Below are positions 7,751 to 16,302 of a stretch of 32,000 nt of DNA, piece after piece. How positions within the stretch are numbered: position 1 is the first letter of the stretch; each line of letters starts with the position of its first letter. Origin of the DNA: Cylindrospermopsis raciborskii Cr2010 (GTDB lineage: Bacteria; Cyanobacteriota; Cyanobacteriia; Cyanobacteriales; Nostocaceae). Position numbers and translations under genes: made by a program. Below the pieces are notes generated by a model that had not been told where the DNA came from, did no database searches, and saw nothing but the letters and a program-made list of their open reading frames with translations. The stretch is from contig NZ_CP065936.1 of NCBI RefSeq assembly GCF_003367075.2, positions 930,001 to 962,000 on the forward strand, read 5' to 3'.

Positions 7751-9913
7751 CTATTTAGGGGATAGATTTTTACGATTTTCCCTTCGCCATCTAGCTCTGA
7801 CTAAGCGAATCTCATTATAGGTATAACTATCACCCAAATAATCTCGAATGGGGGTTAAATTAATGTCACCCAAAACATCTATGACCTGCCAAATTTTCTT
7901 TTGTCTATCCAAAGGTATTAACAAATTCAAATCAACAGGTTGTTTTTTTTCTATCAGGTCTGACAGATGACGAATAATGGTGGCAGTTTTCATATTCCGT
8001 TTTTGGGCAATTTGTTCAATAGTGAATCCTTGCTGGTGCAATTCCAAGGTAGTTGATTCTGTATTAGTTATTAGATCATCATCACTCTTTTTTGGTGGTT
8101 GCCAACTTTGTTCTTGAATATAGGATTGAATAACTGCCAAAAACCTTTCTCCATATTGGTTGACCTTATAACTAACCACCCCAGAAATTTGTCCTAACTC
8201 TTCTAGAGTTCTGGGTTTGATTTGGGCCATTAGTCGTAAGGTCGAATCTTGAAAAATAATATAGGGAGCTAAACCCAGTTCGTCAGCAATTTGTTTTCGT
8301 AGCTGTCTGAGTTCATTCATCAGAGCTTCTATATCTAAAGCCTTAGTATTAACAGCGACCAAATCAGCCTTTTGATATACGGGAGCAGCAATTGAAACTT
8401 GTCGTTGTTTTCGCATCACCTCCCAACTTAAAGCATTTAATTTTAACACCGAATAGCCATCATTAGTTTGTTCCAATAACCCTTGGTGCAACAAAGATCT
8501 GCATAACATTTTCCATTCATCTGCTGTTTTATCTTTCCCGATACCATAGGTAGAAAGTTGATCATGTTTATGCAAAGAAATTTTTTGATTTTTCGTCCCT
8601 CTTAACACATCAATAATATAATTCATACCATATTTTTCCTGACATCGTGCTACACAAGATAAAAACTTCATTGCTTCCACAGTCCAATCTTGCAAGGGTT
8701 TGGGATAACGGCAATTATCACAATTAGCACAACTACCAGGAAATCTTTCCCCAAAATACCCCAATTGAATTGTGCGTCTACAGTCCGTTCCTTCAGCATA
8801 ATCTATCACTTGTCTTAACTGCTGTTTAGCAATCAGCTGTTCTTGGGGATCGGTTTTCTTACCTATACTCCATTCAATGGTTTTCACATCACCAAAACTA
8901 AAAAATAAGGTGCATCGAGAGGGTTCCCCGTCTCTTCCAGCGCGACCTGACTCCTGATAATAACTTTCTAAATTTCTGGGCAAGTCACAGTGAATGACAA
9001 ACCGTACATCAGGTTTATTAATACCCATGCCAAAGGCAATAGTTGCCACCATAATTCGCACATCATCACGGATAAATCGAGTTTGGTTTTTGGCTCTTTC
9101 GTGATCAACTAAACCTGCATGATAGGGTAAAGCAGCAATTTGACTATTCTGTAGTTTTAAGGTTAGTTCATCTACGTTCTTACGGGTTAGACAGTAAATA
9201 ATTCCCGAACCCTCATTTTCTTTAATAATTTCTAATATTTCCCCATAGGAATTTCTATTTTTAGGCCGCACTTCATAGTACAGGTTCTGTCGGTTAAAAC
9301 TAGCAATGTGAACCGCTGGTTGTTTCAATCCCAACTGTTGGATGATATCAGCTCTCACTCTATCGGTAGCAGTTGCGGTTAGAGCTATGGTGGGAACATG
9401 AGAAAATCGCTTCCTCAACAAGATTAATTGTCTATATTCTGGACGAAAATCATGACCCCACTCAGAAACACAATGGGCTTCATCAATAACAAAGTTAGCC
9501 AGGCCAAATTTTTCTTTAACCACATCTAAAATGGGCAAAAATCTCTCGCTCACTAATCTTTCTGGAGCTACATATAATAATTTCACCTTACCATTCATGA
9601 TCGCTTCTTCCCGAGAGCGAACTTGATAAGTAGTGAGACTGCTATTAATAAGAGTGGCAGAAATATTATTATTTCTTAGTGCTTCCACCTGATCTTGCAT
9701 TAATGCTATCAGGGGAGATACTACAACTGTTAAACCTGGTTTCAAAAGAGCTGGTAATTGGAAACATAGGGATTTTCCACCTCCCGTGGGCATAACTACC
9801 ATTAAATCACGGTTTTCTAGTGCATCTTCTATAATTTGTCTTTGTCCGGGACGAAATTGGTCATAACCAAAGTATTTTTTTAATTCTTTTTCTAAATCGG
9901 GATACTGCATCAT
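7751..9913 (-). CDS. recQ: ATP-dependent DNA helicase RecQ
   Basis: 720 aa with GYDQFRPGQ, Walker A MPTGGGKSLCFQLPAL, DEAH box VIDEAHCVSEWGHDFRPEY and zinc-binding cysteines (CRR...CANCDNC). An HRDC-like region and an extra C-terminal HTH-like ~100 aa follow. Confidence 0.95.
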   Translation of the reverse strand: MMQYPDLEKELKKYFGYDQFRPGQRQIIEDALENRDLMVVMPTGGGKSLCFQLPALLKPGLTVVVSPLIALMQDQVEALRNNNISATLINSSLTTYQVRSREEAIMNGKVKLLYVAPERLVSERFLPILDVVKEKFGLANFVIDEAHCVSEWGHDFRPEYRQLILLRKRFSHVPTIALTATATDRVRADIIQQLGLKQPAVHIASFNRQNLYYEVRPKNRNSYGEILEIIKENEGSGIIYCLTRKNVDELTLKLQNSQIAALPYHAGLVDHERAKNQTRFIRDDVRIMVATIAFGMGINKPDVRFVIHCDLPRNLESYYQESGRAGRDGEPSRCTLFFSFGDVKTIEWSIGKKTDPQEQLIAKQQLRQVIDYAEGTDCRRTIQLGYFGERFPGSCANCDNCRYPKPLQDWTVEAMKFLSCVARCQEKYGMNYIIDVLRGTKNQKISLHKHDQLSTYGIGKDKTADEWKMLCRSLLHQGLLEQTNDGYSVLKLNALSWEVMRKQRQVSIAAPVYQKADLVAVNTKALDIEALMNELRQLRKQIADELGLAPYIIFQDSTLRLMAQIKPRTLEELGQISGVVSYKVNQYGERFLAVIQSYIQEQSWQPPKKSDDDLITNTESTTLELHQQGFTIEQIAQKRNMKTATIIRHLSDLIEKKQPVDLNLLIPLDRQKKIWQVIDVLGDINLTPIRDYLGDSYTYNEIRLVRARWRRENRKNLSPK

Positions 9914-10062
9914 GGTCAGTAACTAGGGGTAGATCAATCTAATCTTTAGCAATGACAATATCAGAAGTTAATTCAACTCTATGGATAATTTCTAAGGTCA
10001 CCTCCGTACTTACCTTTCCTATGGTCACCTGTTTAATCACTTATATTATCCCGAGCGCAGGA

Positions 10063-10632
10063 CTAACTGTGAAGACTACCATCTGGCATAATCGCACCGG
10101 TTAAAAAAGTTTCACTCATGTCCGTAGCACTTAAATTTGCCATGGACAAGTTCACTTCACACATGTTGGCTTCACTTAAATCCGCACCGGTTAGATCCGC
10201 TCCTTGTAGGTCAGCTTTCCACATCCGCACACCGCCCATTTTTGCGCCATTCAATTTGGCGCTTTGTAAGTTGGCAGCTGTGATTGATGCTTGATGTAAA
10301 TCAGCATCACACAAATTGGCATCTACTAGTAATGCTCCACTAAGATCGGACTCATTTAAATGAGCATTGATTAGTATAGCCTGTGTCAAATCAGCTCCGC
10401 ACAAAATTACTTCCGATAAATGGGCATTTTCTAGTTTTGCACCTCGCAGATTGGCTTGGCTTAAATTCGCTCCACTCAGGGAAATTCCCGTCATATCGGA
10501 CCAACTTAGATCTGCTCTAGCAAAGTCAATACCACCTAAATTAACCCCCCTGAGATTGACTGCTCGCAAGCAAATACCATTGAAGTTTCTTTCTCCCCTA
10601 GCGTATCTATTTAGTAGTTCTTTCACTTCCAT
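10063..10632 (-). CDS. Pentapeptide-repeat protein
   Basis: 189 aa made almost entirely of A(D/N)LxG/A-type pentapeptide repeats (ANLSQANLRGAKLENAHLSE...). Confidence 0.9.
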   Translation of the reverse strand: MEVKELLNRYARGERNFNGICLRAVNLRGVNLGGIDFARADLSWSDMTGISLSGANLSQANLRGAKLENAHLSEVILCGADLTQAILINAHLNESDLSGALLVDANLCDADLHQASITAANLQSAKLNGAKMGGVRMWKADLQGADLTGADLSEANMCEVNLSMANLSATDMSETFLTGAIMPDGSLHS

Positions 10633-10661
10633 GGTTATACCTCCACTTTATTCCGTATTCC

Positions 10662-11867
10662 CTATACTTTGATAAACCAACGTTGTCGATACATGAAAAA
10701 TGCTAGACCGTACCACAATGATAGGGTAGCAAGTGCAAATAAAAATGAGCCGTTGGTATTACCTACCCAGGAAGCAAACAGATTGCGGTAAATCCAATTG
10801 TATACGCTTATGGCATTATCTCCTTCACCAATTTTCAATTTTACGGTGACTTTAATGAGAAAAACTGATGCAACAAACAGGGCGATCGCATTTAGTCCAA
10901 TAATTTCAAATCCTTTACTCCAACGTTTAATTTTTCTCACCTCTATTAGATCGTAACACGCTGCCAAAAAAACTAACCCCCAACCAGTACTAAACAAAAC
11001 GTAGGAACTTGTCCAGAGTTTTTTATTAATGGGAAATAGACCATCCCAAATCATACCCACGACTAAACTACATAGTCCCCACAGGACTAAATCCATACTA
11101 GTATGGGAGTTAATGGTGCTTTTTCTTATCCATTGTCCGGCAAAATACCCAAAGAGAACATTGACTATTGCGGGAATGGTACTAAACAACCCTTCTGGAT
11201 CACCCCTGAAGTTAAACCCATCTCCTGCATATAAATGGGGTTTAGCAATAATTAATCTATCAATAAACGCCCCGAAATTTCCCTCTTGGGTGAGCATACC
11301 CGCACCATAATCAGGAACAGGAATATACATCATGGTCAACCAATAAAATATCAGCAGTATTCCTGCCAATGCCCATTGAGTTTTTTCTGGTAATTTTAAA
11401 ACTATTAAAGAAGCAAACAAGTAGGCTAAACCAATTCTTTGCAATACCCCCATCACTCGTAAACTTTGTAAATCAAAACTGCCAACGCCTTGATTCCAAA
11501 AACCGTTTAGTAGCAGTCCTAAAGTAAATAGTATTACTGCACGACGGCACAAATTGAAATAAACCAAATTATCTAACTTACTCTCCAAACTATATTTAGA
11601 TAGGGAGAAGCTCATAGCCACCCCAACAATAAATAAAAAAAAGGGAAAAACCAAGTCCGTTGGCGTACAACCGTTCCATGGTGCATGGGAAAGAAAAGGA
11701 TAGACGTCTGGTACAACACCTGCCATATTAGCAATAATCATCATTGCAATTGTCAAGCCACGAAAAACATCTAAAGAGATTAGACGCATAGAGATTATAT
11801 TATTTTGGGGTTGGCTGCTGTTCGACCTACCAAGATTGTTAAGGTCTGGGTAGGTTTGGGTAGACAT
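10662..11867 (-). CDS. Polytopic membrane acyltransferase, heparan-alpha-glucosaminide N-acetyltransferase-like (DUF1624/DUF5009)
   Basis: 401 aa with about 10 predicted TM helices and the N-terminal motif RLISLDVFRGLTIAMMI typical of this family. It lies 29 nt upstream of the pentapeptide gene, so it is probably co-transcribed. Confidence 0.7.
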   Translation of the reverse strand: MSTQTYPDLNNLGRSNSSQPQNNIISMRLISLDVFRGLTIAMMIIANMAGVVPDVYPFLSHAPWNGCTPTDLVFPFFLFIVGVAMSFSLSKYSLESKLDNLVYFNLCRRAVILFTLGLLLNGFWNQGVGSFDLQSLRVMGVLQRIGLAYLFASLIVLKLPEKTQWALAGILLIFYWLTMMYIPVPDYGAGMLTQEGNFGAFIDRLIIAKPHLYAGDGFNFRGDPEGLFSTIPAIVNVLFGYFAGQWIRKSTINSHTSMDLVLWGLCSLVVGMIWDGLFPINKKLWTSSYVLFSTGWGLVFLAACYDLIEVRKIKRWSKGFEIIGLNAIALFVASVFLIKVTVKLKIGEGDNAISVYNWIYRNLFASWVGNTNGSFLFALATLSLWYGLAFFMYRQRWFIKV

Positions 11868-11888
11868 TAATGAGCGGTTAGAAACCGG

Positions 11889-11906
11889 GAAGATTATGAA
11901 GATTAT
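11889..11906. repeat. Perfect tandem 9-bp duplication GAAGATTAT x2
   Basis: Copies at 11889-11897 and 11898-11906 are identical. They lie in the divergent region between the acyltransferase gene (start 11867) and bcp (start 11944). Confidence 0.9.
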
Positions 11907-11943
11907 ATTGTAGAATTTTAATCAGTCTAGTTAACTTTTAAAT

Positions 11944-12405
11944 ATGTCCATCAAAATCGGGGATTCTGCACCAGAATTTAGTCTAACTTCTCAAAATGGC
12001 TCTACCATCAGCTTGAGAGATTTTCGCGGCAAAAAGGTGGTCGTCCTCTATTTTTACCCTAAGGACGACACCCCCGGTTGCACTGCGGAATCTTGCGCCT
12101 TCCGAGACCAATATGAAGTATTTAAAACTGCTGGCGCGGAGGTCATCGGTATCAGTGGTGACTCTAGGGAGTCTCACCAAAGATTCGCAACCAAATACAA
12201 TTTGCCTTTTACCCTATTGAGCGATCCAGGCGATCAAGTTAGAAAACAATACGGAGCAACCACTGCTTTTGGTTTCATACCTGGTCGGGTAACCTATATC
12301 ATCGATCAAAATGGCATTGTGCAATATGTGTTTGACTCTATGCTAAACTTTAACGGTCACGTTCAAGAAAGCCTGAAAAAACTCCAACAGCTTTCTTCCA
12401 TATAA
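11944..12405 (+). CDS. bcp: Peroxiredoxin, Bcp/PrxQ type
   Basis: 153 aa with the peroxidatic Cys motif YPKDDTPGCTAESC (resolving Cys 5 residues later) and AhpC/TSA fold motifs. Confidence 0.92.
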   Translation: MSIKIGDSAPEFSLTSQNGSTISLRDFRGKKVVVLYFYPKDDTPGCTAESCAFRDQYEVFKTAGAEVIGISGDSRESHQRFATKYNLPFTLLSDPGDQVRKQYGATTAFGFIPGRVTYIIDQNGIVQYVFDSMLNFNGHVQESLKKLQQLSSI

Positions 12406-12418
12406 CAATAATATTGAT

Positions 12419-12450
12419 TGGTGATGGGTGAATTATTTACCCTATCACCA
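12419..12450. terminator. Hairpin between convergent bcp and hpf (possible bidirectional terminator)
   Basis: TGGTGATGGGT (12419-12429) pairs with ACCCTATCACCA (12439-12450) with one bulged base and a 9-nt A/T-rich loop. It lies 14 nt after the bcp stop and 17 nt after the hpf stop. Confidence 0.45.
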
Positions 12451-12466
12451 GTCTCCACAATTCTCC

Positions 12467-13093
12467 CTAGTGCACTACTTTAGACTTTTCAGAAGTGCTA
12501 GCGGTTTTACCGTTGGTGTGTCCATTTCCGTTACGGGGTTGAATTACCCCATATCCACCATGATTACGTTCATAGATCACATTGATTTCTCCACTCTCCG
12601 CATTGCGGAACATGTAAAAATCATGTCCCACCAACTGTAACTGTTCCTGCGCCTGGGCCAGAGTCATAGGTGGCATAGAAAAATACTTGGTTCTTACTAC
12701 CTCACCAGGTAGTTCAGGAGTTCGACCAGCTATTAAATCGGTCACTGGTTCAGGAACTAATGCTTCATTTGTGGGTATGGGCTGGGTTTTATGCTCTTGC
12801 CTTCTCTCTTTATACTTACGCAACTGACGTGCTATTTTATCCGCTACCAAATCTATACTCGCATATAGACTCTCACTGCTCTCTTCCGCTCTAATCACAC
12901 TACCATTAGCGTAAATTGTTACTTCTGCTGCTTGCTTGGTACTAATTCTAGGATTGCGAGCAACACTTAGGTGTATATCTACCTGATTTGTGATGTTTTG
13001 AAAGTGACTAACTGCTTTTTCAATTTTTTGATGTACATACTCACGTATTGCATCGGTGATTTCAATATTTTTGCCGTGGATGACAAGGTTCAT
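12467..13093 (-). CDS. hpf: Ribosome hibernation-promoting factor, long form (LrtA/HPF)
   Basis: The N-terminal S30AE domain begins [20 protein letters not shown], and the C-terminal dimerisation domain reads [31 protein letters not shown]. The ORF is open to 13159, but the homology-consistent start is ATG 13093. Confidence 0.92.
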   Translation of the reverse strand: MNLVIHGKNIEITDAIREYVHQKIEKAVSHFQNITNQVDIHLSVARNPRISTKQAAEVTIYANGSVIRAEESSESLYASIDLVADKIARQLRKYKERRQEHKTQPIPTNEALVPEPVTDLIAGRTPELPGEVVRTKYFSMPPMTLAQAQEQLQLVGHDFYMFRNAESGEINVIYERNHGGYGVIQPRNGNGHTNGKTASTSEKSKVVH

Positions 13094-13354
13094 GTAAACT
13101 CTCCCGCTAAACTTGTTTATTTTCTTAAATCGTGGAGATCTAAAATTACGCTCCCACATATTAAGAGACGCTGATTGCCGATTATTCCTCCCAACATCTT
13201 TGAGGTTATATATTCTATATGTTTAGGTTAACACCTTTTCTGTAAGAAAGTTACTTCGTTGACTTTACTTTAAAATACTTTGCATTACTTGACATTTTTT
13301 TGTCCTGACTGCTGGTAAATAGAGCGATCGCCCTGTAAAGGTCTATATAGTCTA

Positions 13355-13376
13355 TTTATTTAGTTCTTTATTTAGT
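13355..13376. repeat. 10-nt direct repeat TTTATTTAGT with 12-bp period immediately before the lipB ATG
   Basis: 13355-13364 and 13367-13376 are identical. GTCTAT is also repeated at 13341 and 13350. Confidence 0.8.
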
Positions 13377-13377
13377 C

Positions 13378-14082
13378 ATGAGTGATAATTCGCCAATCTA
13401 CCCACATCGTTGTTTATTGTATAATAGGGGGTTAACACCATACCTTGATGTTCTTGTATGGCAAAGACAGTTACTCCAGGAGCGGATTGAGAATAGTGAT
13501 TTAGAGGATGTAATTATTCTGGTAGAACACCCTCCAGTCTACACCTTGGGACAGGGTGCAGATCCTAACTTTCTCAAATTTGATCTTGACAAAAGTGAGT
13601 ATAACGTGCATCGAGTAGAAAGAGGTGGGGAAGTGACCTACCACTGTCCAGGACAACTGGTAGGGTATCCGATTTTAAACTTGCGTCGTTATAGTCAAGA
13701 CCTACATTGGTACTTGCGCCAACTGGAGCAGGTATTAATTGATGTTTTAGCCAGTTATGGTTTAGTAGGGGAAAGGATCTCCGGTTTAACGGGTGTTTGG
13801 GTAGAAGGAAAAAAAGTTGCTGCTATAGGGATTAAAGTCAGTCGTTGGGTAACTATGCACGGGTTTGCTTTAAATGTTTGTCCTGACATGACAGGTTTTG
13901 AAAAGATTGTACCTTGTGGGATTAAAGATAAAAAGGTTGCCAGTTTAGCTGAGTGGATTCCCGATATTGACTGTTTAGCAGTACGTCCCCGGGTAGCTGA
14001 GTGTTTTGCCAAGGTTTTTGGGGTAAAATTGCAGGATGTGATTTCCATACTTCCTGGTGGGAAAAAATATCTCTGTTCTTAG
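13378..14082 (+). CDS. lipB: Octanoyltransferase (lipoyl(octanoyl) transferase) LipB
   Basis: 234 aa with the motifs [37 protein letters not shown] and VPCGI (catalytic Cys). Confidence 0.92.
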   Translation: MSDNSPIYPHRCLLYNRGLTPYLDVLVWQRQLLQERIENSDLEDVIILVEHPPVYTLGQGADPNFLKFDLDKSEYNVHRVERGGEVTYHCPGQLVGYPILNLRRYSQDLHWYLRQLEQVLIDVLASYGLVGERISGLTGVWVEGKKVAAIGIKVSRWVTMHGFALNVCPDMTGFEKIVPCGIKDKKVASLAEWIPDIDCLAVRPRVAECFAKVFGVKLQDVISILPGGKKYLCS

Positions 14083-14107
14083 GATTTTAGTTTGATAAAC
14101 AAGAATG

Positions 14108-14126
14108 ACCGCCCTAAAAGGGCGGT
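14108..14126. terminator. GC-rich hairpin between convergent lipB and the 14140-14907 gene
   Basis: ACCGCCC (14108-14114) pairs with GGGCGGT (14120-14126) around a 5-nt loop TAAAA. It lies 26 nt after the lipB stop and 14 nt after the minus-strand gene stop. The minus-strand tail reads CAUUCUUGUUUAUC. Confidence 0.55.
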
Positions 14127-14139
14127 GGAGATTCTATAT

Positions 14140-14907
14140 CTATTTTAAACCACCCTGCAAATCAACCAATGTTTCAGATAACTTAGTCAAACGACTCTCT
14201 AAATAGAGTTTACGTCCCAGGAGATGGCGTAACTTTTGGTAGCGTGCTATAGCTATGCTAATACTAGGAACTTCTTCTACAGAACAAGGACGTGACCAAA
14301 GTTGACCATTAGCATCCACACCACAAAGACGATAGTCTGTGCGAGATGATTGGTTGACTGTCACTTCTGACTGAGAAATCTTCTGTACATAGTCCAAAAT
14401 AGCTTCAATTTCCCCATGACGCAGGGTTGCAGTTCCTTCCATTGGTTGGGTATTGGATTCTAGCCAACCATTAATCACCTGACCTTCTAAGTAAATATCT
14501 TGAATTTGCTGGAGAATTATTTCTAACTCACCCTGCCAAGCTACCACGGTTTGTTGTATCTCTTGCAAAAGACCGATTGTAAACCCAGGATTGGCACTGT
14601 GTCTATGATTACTAAAACTAGGGGTTTTGAATTTAGGTAAGTCCGGAGTTTTGCTGTCAATATCTTGGGTAGGGAAGGTTGGGACTGAAGATGATATGTG
14701 CTCTTGAAGTTGGGAGTTGATTTTTTTATTGCTGTTTATATCAACAGTTTCTTGACCGGTGTTGTTTAACTGGGTAGTATCGCTACCCAAGCTAACCCTA
14801 AAGGAGAAAGGTCGTTTTTTAGCTGGGGATTTTGCTGATAGTGACTCAGGATTACGGATCCCTAAATCATGTAAAGTTGCCTCAATCCGTTTCAAGCCTG
14901 GTTTCAT
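14140..14907 (-). CDS. Hypothetical protein (low-complexity S/T/P/N/Q-rich N-terminal half, structured C-terminal half)
   Basis: 255-aa ORF with a plausible ATG and a terminator hairpin downstream. I recognise no family. Confidence 0.6.
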   Translation of the reverse strand: MKPGLKRIEATLHDLGIRNPESLSAKSPAKKRPFSFRVSLGSDTTQLNNTGQETVDINSNKKINSQLQEHISSSVPTFPTQDIDSKTPDLPKFKTPSFSNHRHSANPGFTIGLLQEIQQTVVAWQGELEIILQQIQDIYLEGQVINGWLESNTQPMEGTATLRHGEIEAILDYVQKISQSEVTVNQSSRTDYRLCGVDANGQLWSRPCSVEEVPSISIAIARYQKLRHLLGRKLYLESRLTKLSETLVDLQGGLK

Positions 14908-15109
14908 CTTTCTTCTCTCCTGGAGACCGCCGATTTAGCTTCGGGAGGAAAGGAGGGACGATGTCTAAGCAACATAGCTATAGTCATCCTTCTTGTAAAT
15001 AACTCGACACGTGTACCATAATACCACATTTCCAACCCTTCAACCATAAGAAAACTTATCTTGCTTGCCACCAAATATAATTTTTTCCTATTGTTTATCA
15101 ATTTACAAT

Positions 15110-15136
15110 AGACATCTCCGGAAATAGCCAAAGCGT
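15110..15136. repeat. Left terminal inverted repeat of the IS
   Basis: See the alignment given for the mobile element. The first 11 nt are identical to the reverse complement of 16240-16250. Confidence 0.75.
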
Positions 15137-15290
15137 TACCAATACTACTTTTTAAGGTGAGACACCCCAATACAAAAGTAGCTGACTGGTATGCTAAAAT
15201 AAGCGTTAGAGATGCCTCTTGTTGGGAATTAACCAAAAGATAACACCTATGTGAGATAATTTATTTTTAGCCAAGTCCAAATCTTGATAA

Positions 15291-16211
15291 CTAAAATAAG
15301 TAGGTTCCCATTCGGAAACGAACAAGTCCACAAATAGTCATGATTACCTGTTCATACTTACTTGAATTTAATCGAAATCTTTCTTGTGCCACTCTGAATA
15401 TTTTCACTACACGAATTAAATGTTCAACAAAAATTCGTTCGGAAGCTAACTCTTTATTTTTTTCTTTTTGTTCAGACGTTAATTCTTGGTTTTTAGGTTT
15501 TTTTGTCGGAGTTTTCATTAACTCCTCTCCTTGATAAGCTTTATCACCACTAAATTTTTGTTTTTTATCAAATATATTTCTGGTTTCACGGAATAAATTT
15601 ACATCACTTTTTGGACCAGGTTTACCCGCTACTACATCAACAATATCTTTACCATTTGGTAAAACGATTAGTTGACTTTTTCTAGTATGACAGGCTTTTT
15701 TACCTGAATAATATTTTTTTTGTTCTTGGTACTCTCCAGGTCTGTCTATAGGCTGTTCATAGCTATCCACTATTAACTCAAATTCTGTTAATATTTCTTT
15801 AACGACTTCGTAATCACTGGAGTTTTTTTTTACCTGTTCTAGCAAACTTGGTGGCAATAATTCTCCTATTATTGGCAACCAATAGTTAAAGATATCATTT
15901 GCAGTTGTTTCACTTACTCCAAATTGAATACCTAGTAGCTGAAATGTTGTTAACTGCCGTAAATATGTTAATGTTAAGATTATTTGCTCCGACGGTGATA
16001 ATTTGGGTTTGCGCCCTCCACCGCCTTGAATAATTCGGGTTTTTTTTGATTCAACCAATTGTTGTTTCTGATGATGCAGTTTTATGGCTTTTTCCAAAAG
16101 TTGCTGTAACTGCTCATACTTCAGACCCAATAAACGGTGTGATTCGTGAGGATTATTCTGGATATATTCAGATATGTTGCTCATAATAAGTTGCCAAAAA
16201 TACCATTTCAT
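15291..16211 (-). CDS. IS transposase (N-terminal HTH + DDE endonuclease domain, DDE_Tnp_4/IS5-like)
   Basis: The HTH-like segment is LTYLRQLTTFQLLGIQFGVSETTANDIF. Candidate catalytic residues lie in ELIVDSYEQP, FSGDKAYQGE and RIFVEHLIRVVK (R-x3-E-x6-K signature). The probable true start is the second Met (MSNISEYIQ) at 16184. Confidence 0.85.
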   Translation of the reverse strand: MKWYFWQLIMSNISEYIQNNPHESHRLLGLKYEQLQQLLEKAIKLHHQKQQLVESKKTRIIQGGGGRKPKLSPSEQIILTLTYLRQLTTFQLLGIQFGVSETTANDIFNYWLPIIGELLPPSLLEQVKKNSSDYEVVKEILTEFELIVDSYEQPIDRPGEYQEQKKYYSGKKACHTRKSQLIVLPNGKDIVDVVAGKPGPKSDVNLFRETRNIFDKKQKFSGDKAYQGEELMKTPTKKPKNQELTSEQKEKNKELASERIFVEHLIRVVKIFRVAQERFRLNSSKYEQVIMTICGLVRFRMGTYLF

Positions 16212-16222
16212 ATTATTTTATC

Positions 16223-16250
16223 ACACTTTGATTCTTTTTCGGAGATGTCT
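16223..16250. repeat. Right terminal inverted repeat of the IS
   Basis: The reverse complement matches 15110-15136. Together with the flank, the end forms a 17-nt perfect palindrome at 16244-16260. Confidence 0.75.
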
Positions 16251-16273
16251 AATAGACATCGGTTGGGTTTTCT

Positions 16274-16302
16274 TTGTAACAACATGCAATCAAATATATA
16301 AT
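16274..16302 (+). promoter_or_regulatory. Promoter candidate for cobU: TTGTAA-N17-TATAAT
   Basis: TTGTAA lies at 16274-16279, followed by a 17-nt spacer and TATAAT at 16297-16302. The -10 hexamer overlaps the first ATG of the ORF (16301). The element lies 21-24 bp to the right of the IS end. Confidence 0.35.

Larger units (their letters stand above)
15110..16250 (-). mobile_element. Insertion sequence (~1.14 kb), IS5-superfamily / Harbinger-like DDE type, single transposase ORF
   Basis: The terminal inverted repeats read AGACATCTCCGGAAATAGCCAAAGCGT (15110-15136) and, as reverse complement of 16223-16250, AGACATCTCCGAAAAAGAATCAAAGTGT. They match 11/11 at the tips and about 23/28 overall with one indel. 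AAT flanks both ends (15107-15109 and 16251-16253); TA is the alternative duplication if the IR starts at G. A 306-aa DDE transposase is encoded inside. Confidence 0.8.

Noticed and set aside
9996-10030. 8-mer GGTCACCT repeated 27 bp apart upstream of recQ; also checked for a cyanobacterial LexA-type box
   Set aside because: A single 8-mer repeat in 150 bp is within chance expectation, and no RGTAC-N3-DGTWC-like LexA box is present.
10367-10672. 101-aa + ORF antisense to the pentapeptide-repeat gene
   Set aside because: Pentapeptide-repeat DNA is internally periodic and routinely leaves long open antisense frames. There is no independent support.
14904-15236. 110-aa minus-strand ORF (TTG start) overlapping the start of the 14140-14907 gene by 4 nt
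   Set aside because: Its first ~42 codons lie inside the IS left end (15110-15236), so it is a chimera created by the insertion. Removing the IS in silico gives an ORF that runs antisense through the cobU P-loop region. That restored ORF has no plausible features.
16254-16300. Possible cobalamin riboswitch upstream of cobU; also a glmS ribozyme upstream of glmS (20063-20152) and a glutamine riboswitch upstream of amt (24640-24766)
   Set aside because: The cobU leader is far too short and lacks a B12-box. The glmS ribozyme is not expected in cyanobacteria, and the 90-nt A/T-rich spacer shows no such structure. I saw no GGAAGUAG / AAGGAACGC-type glnA-motif sequences upstream of amt.
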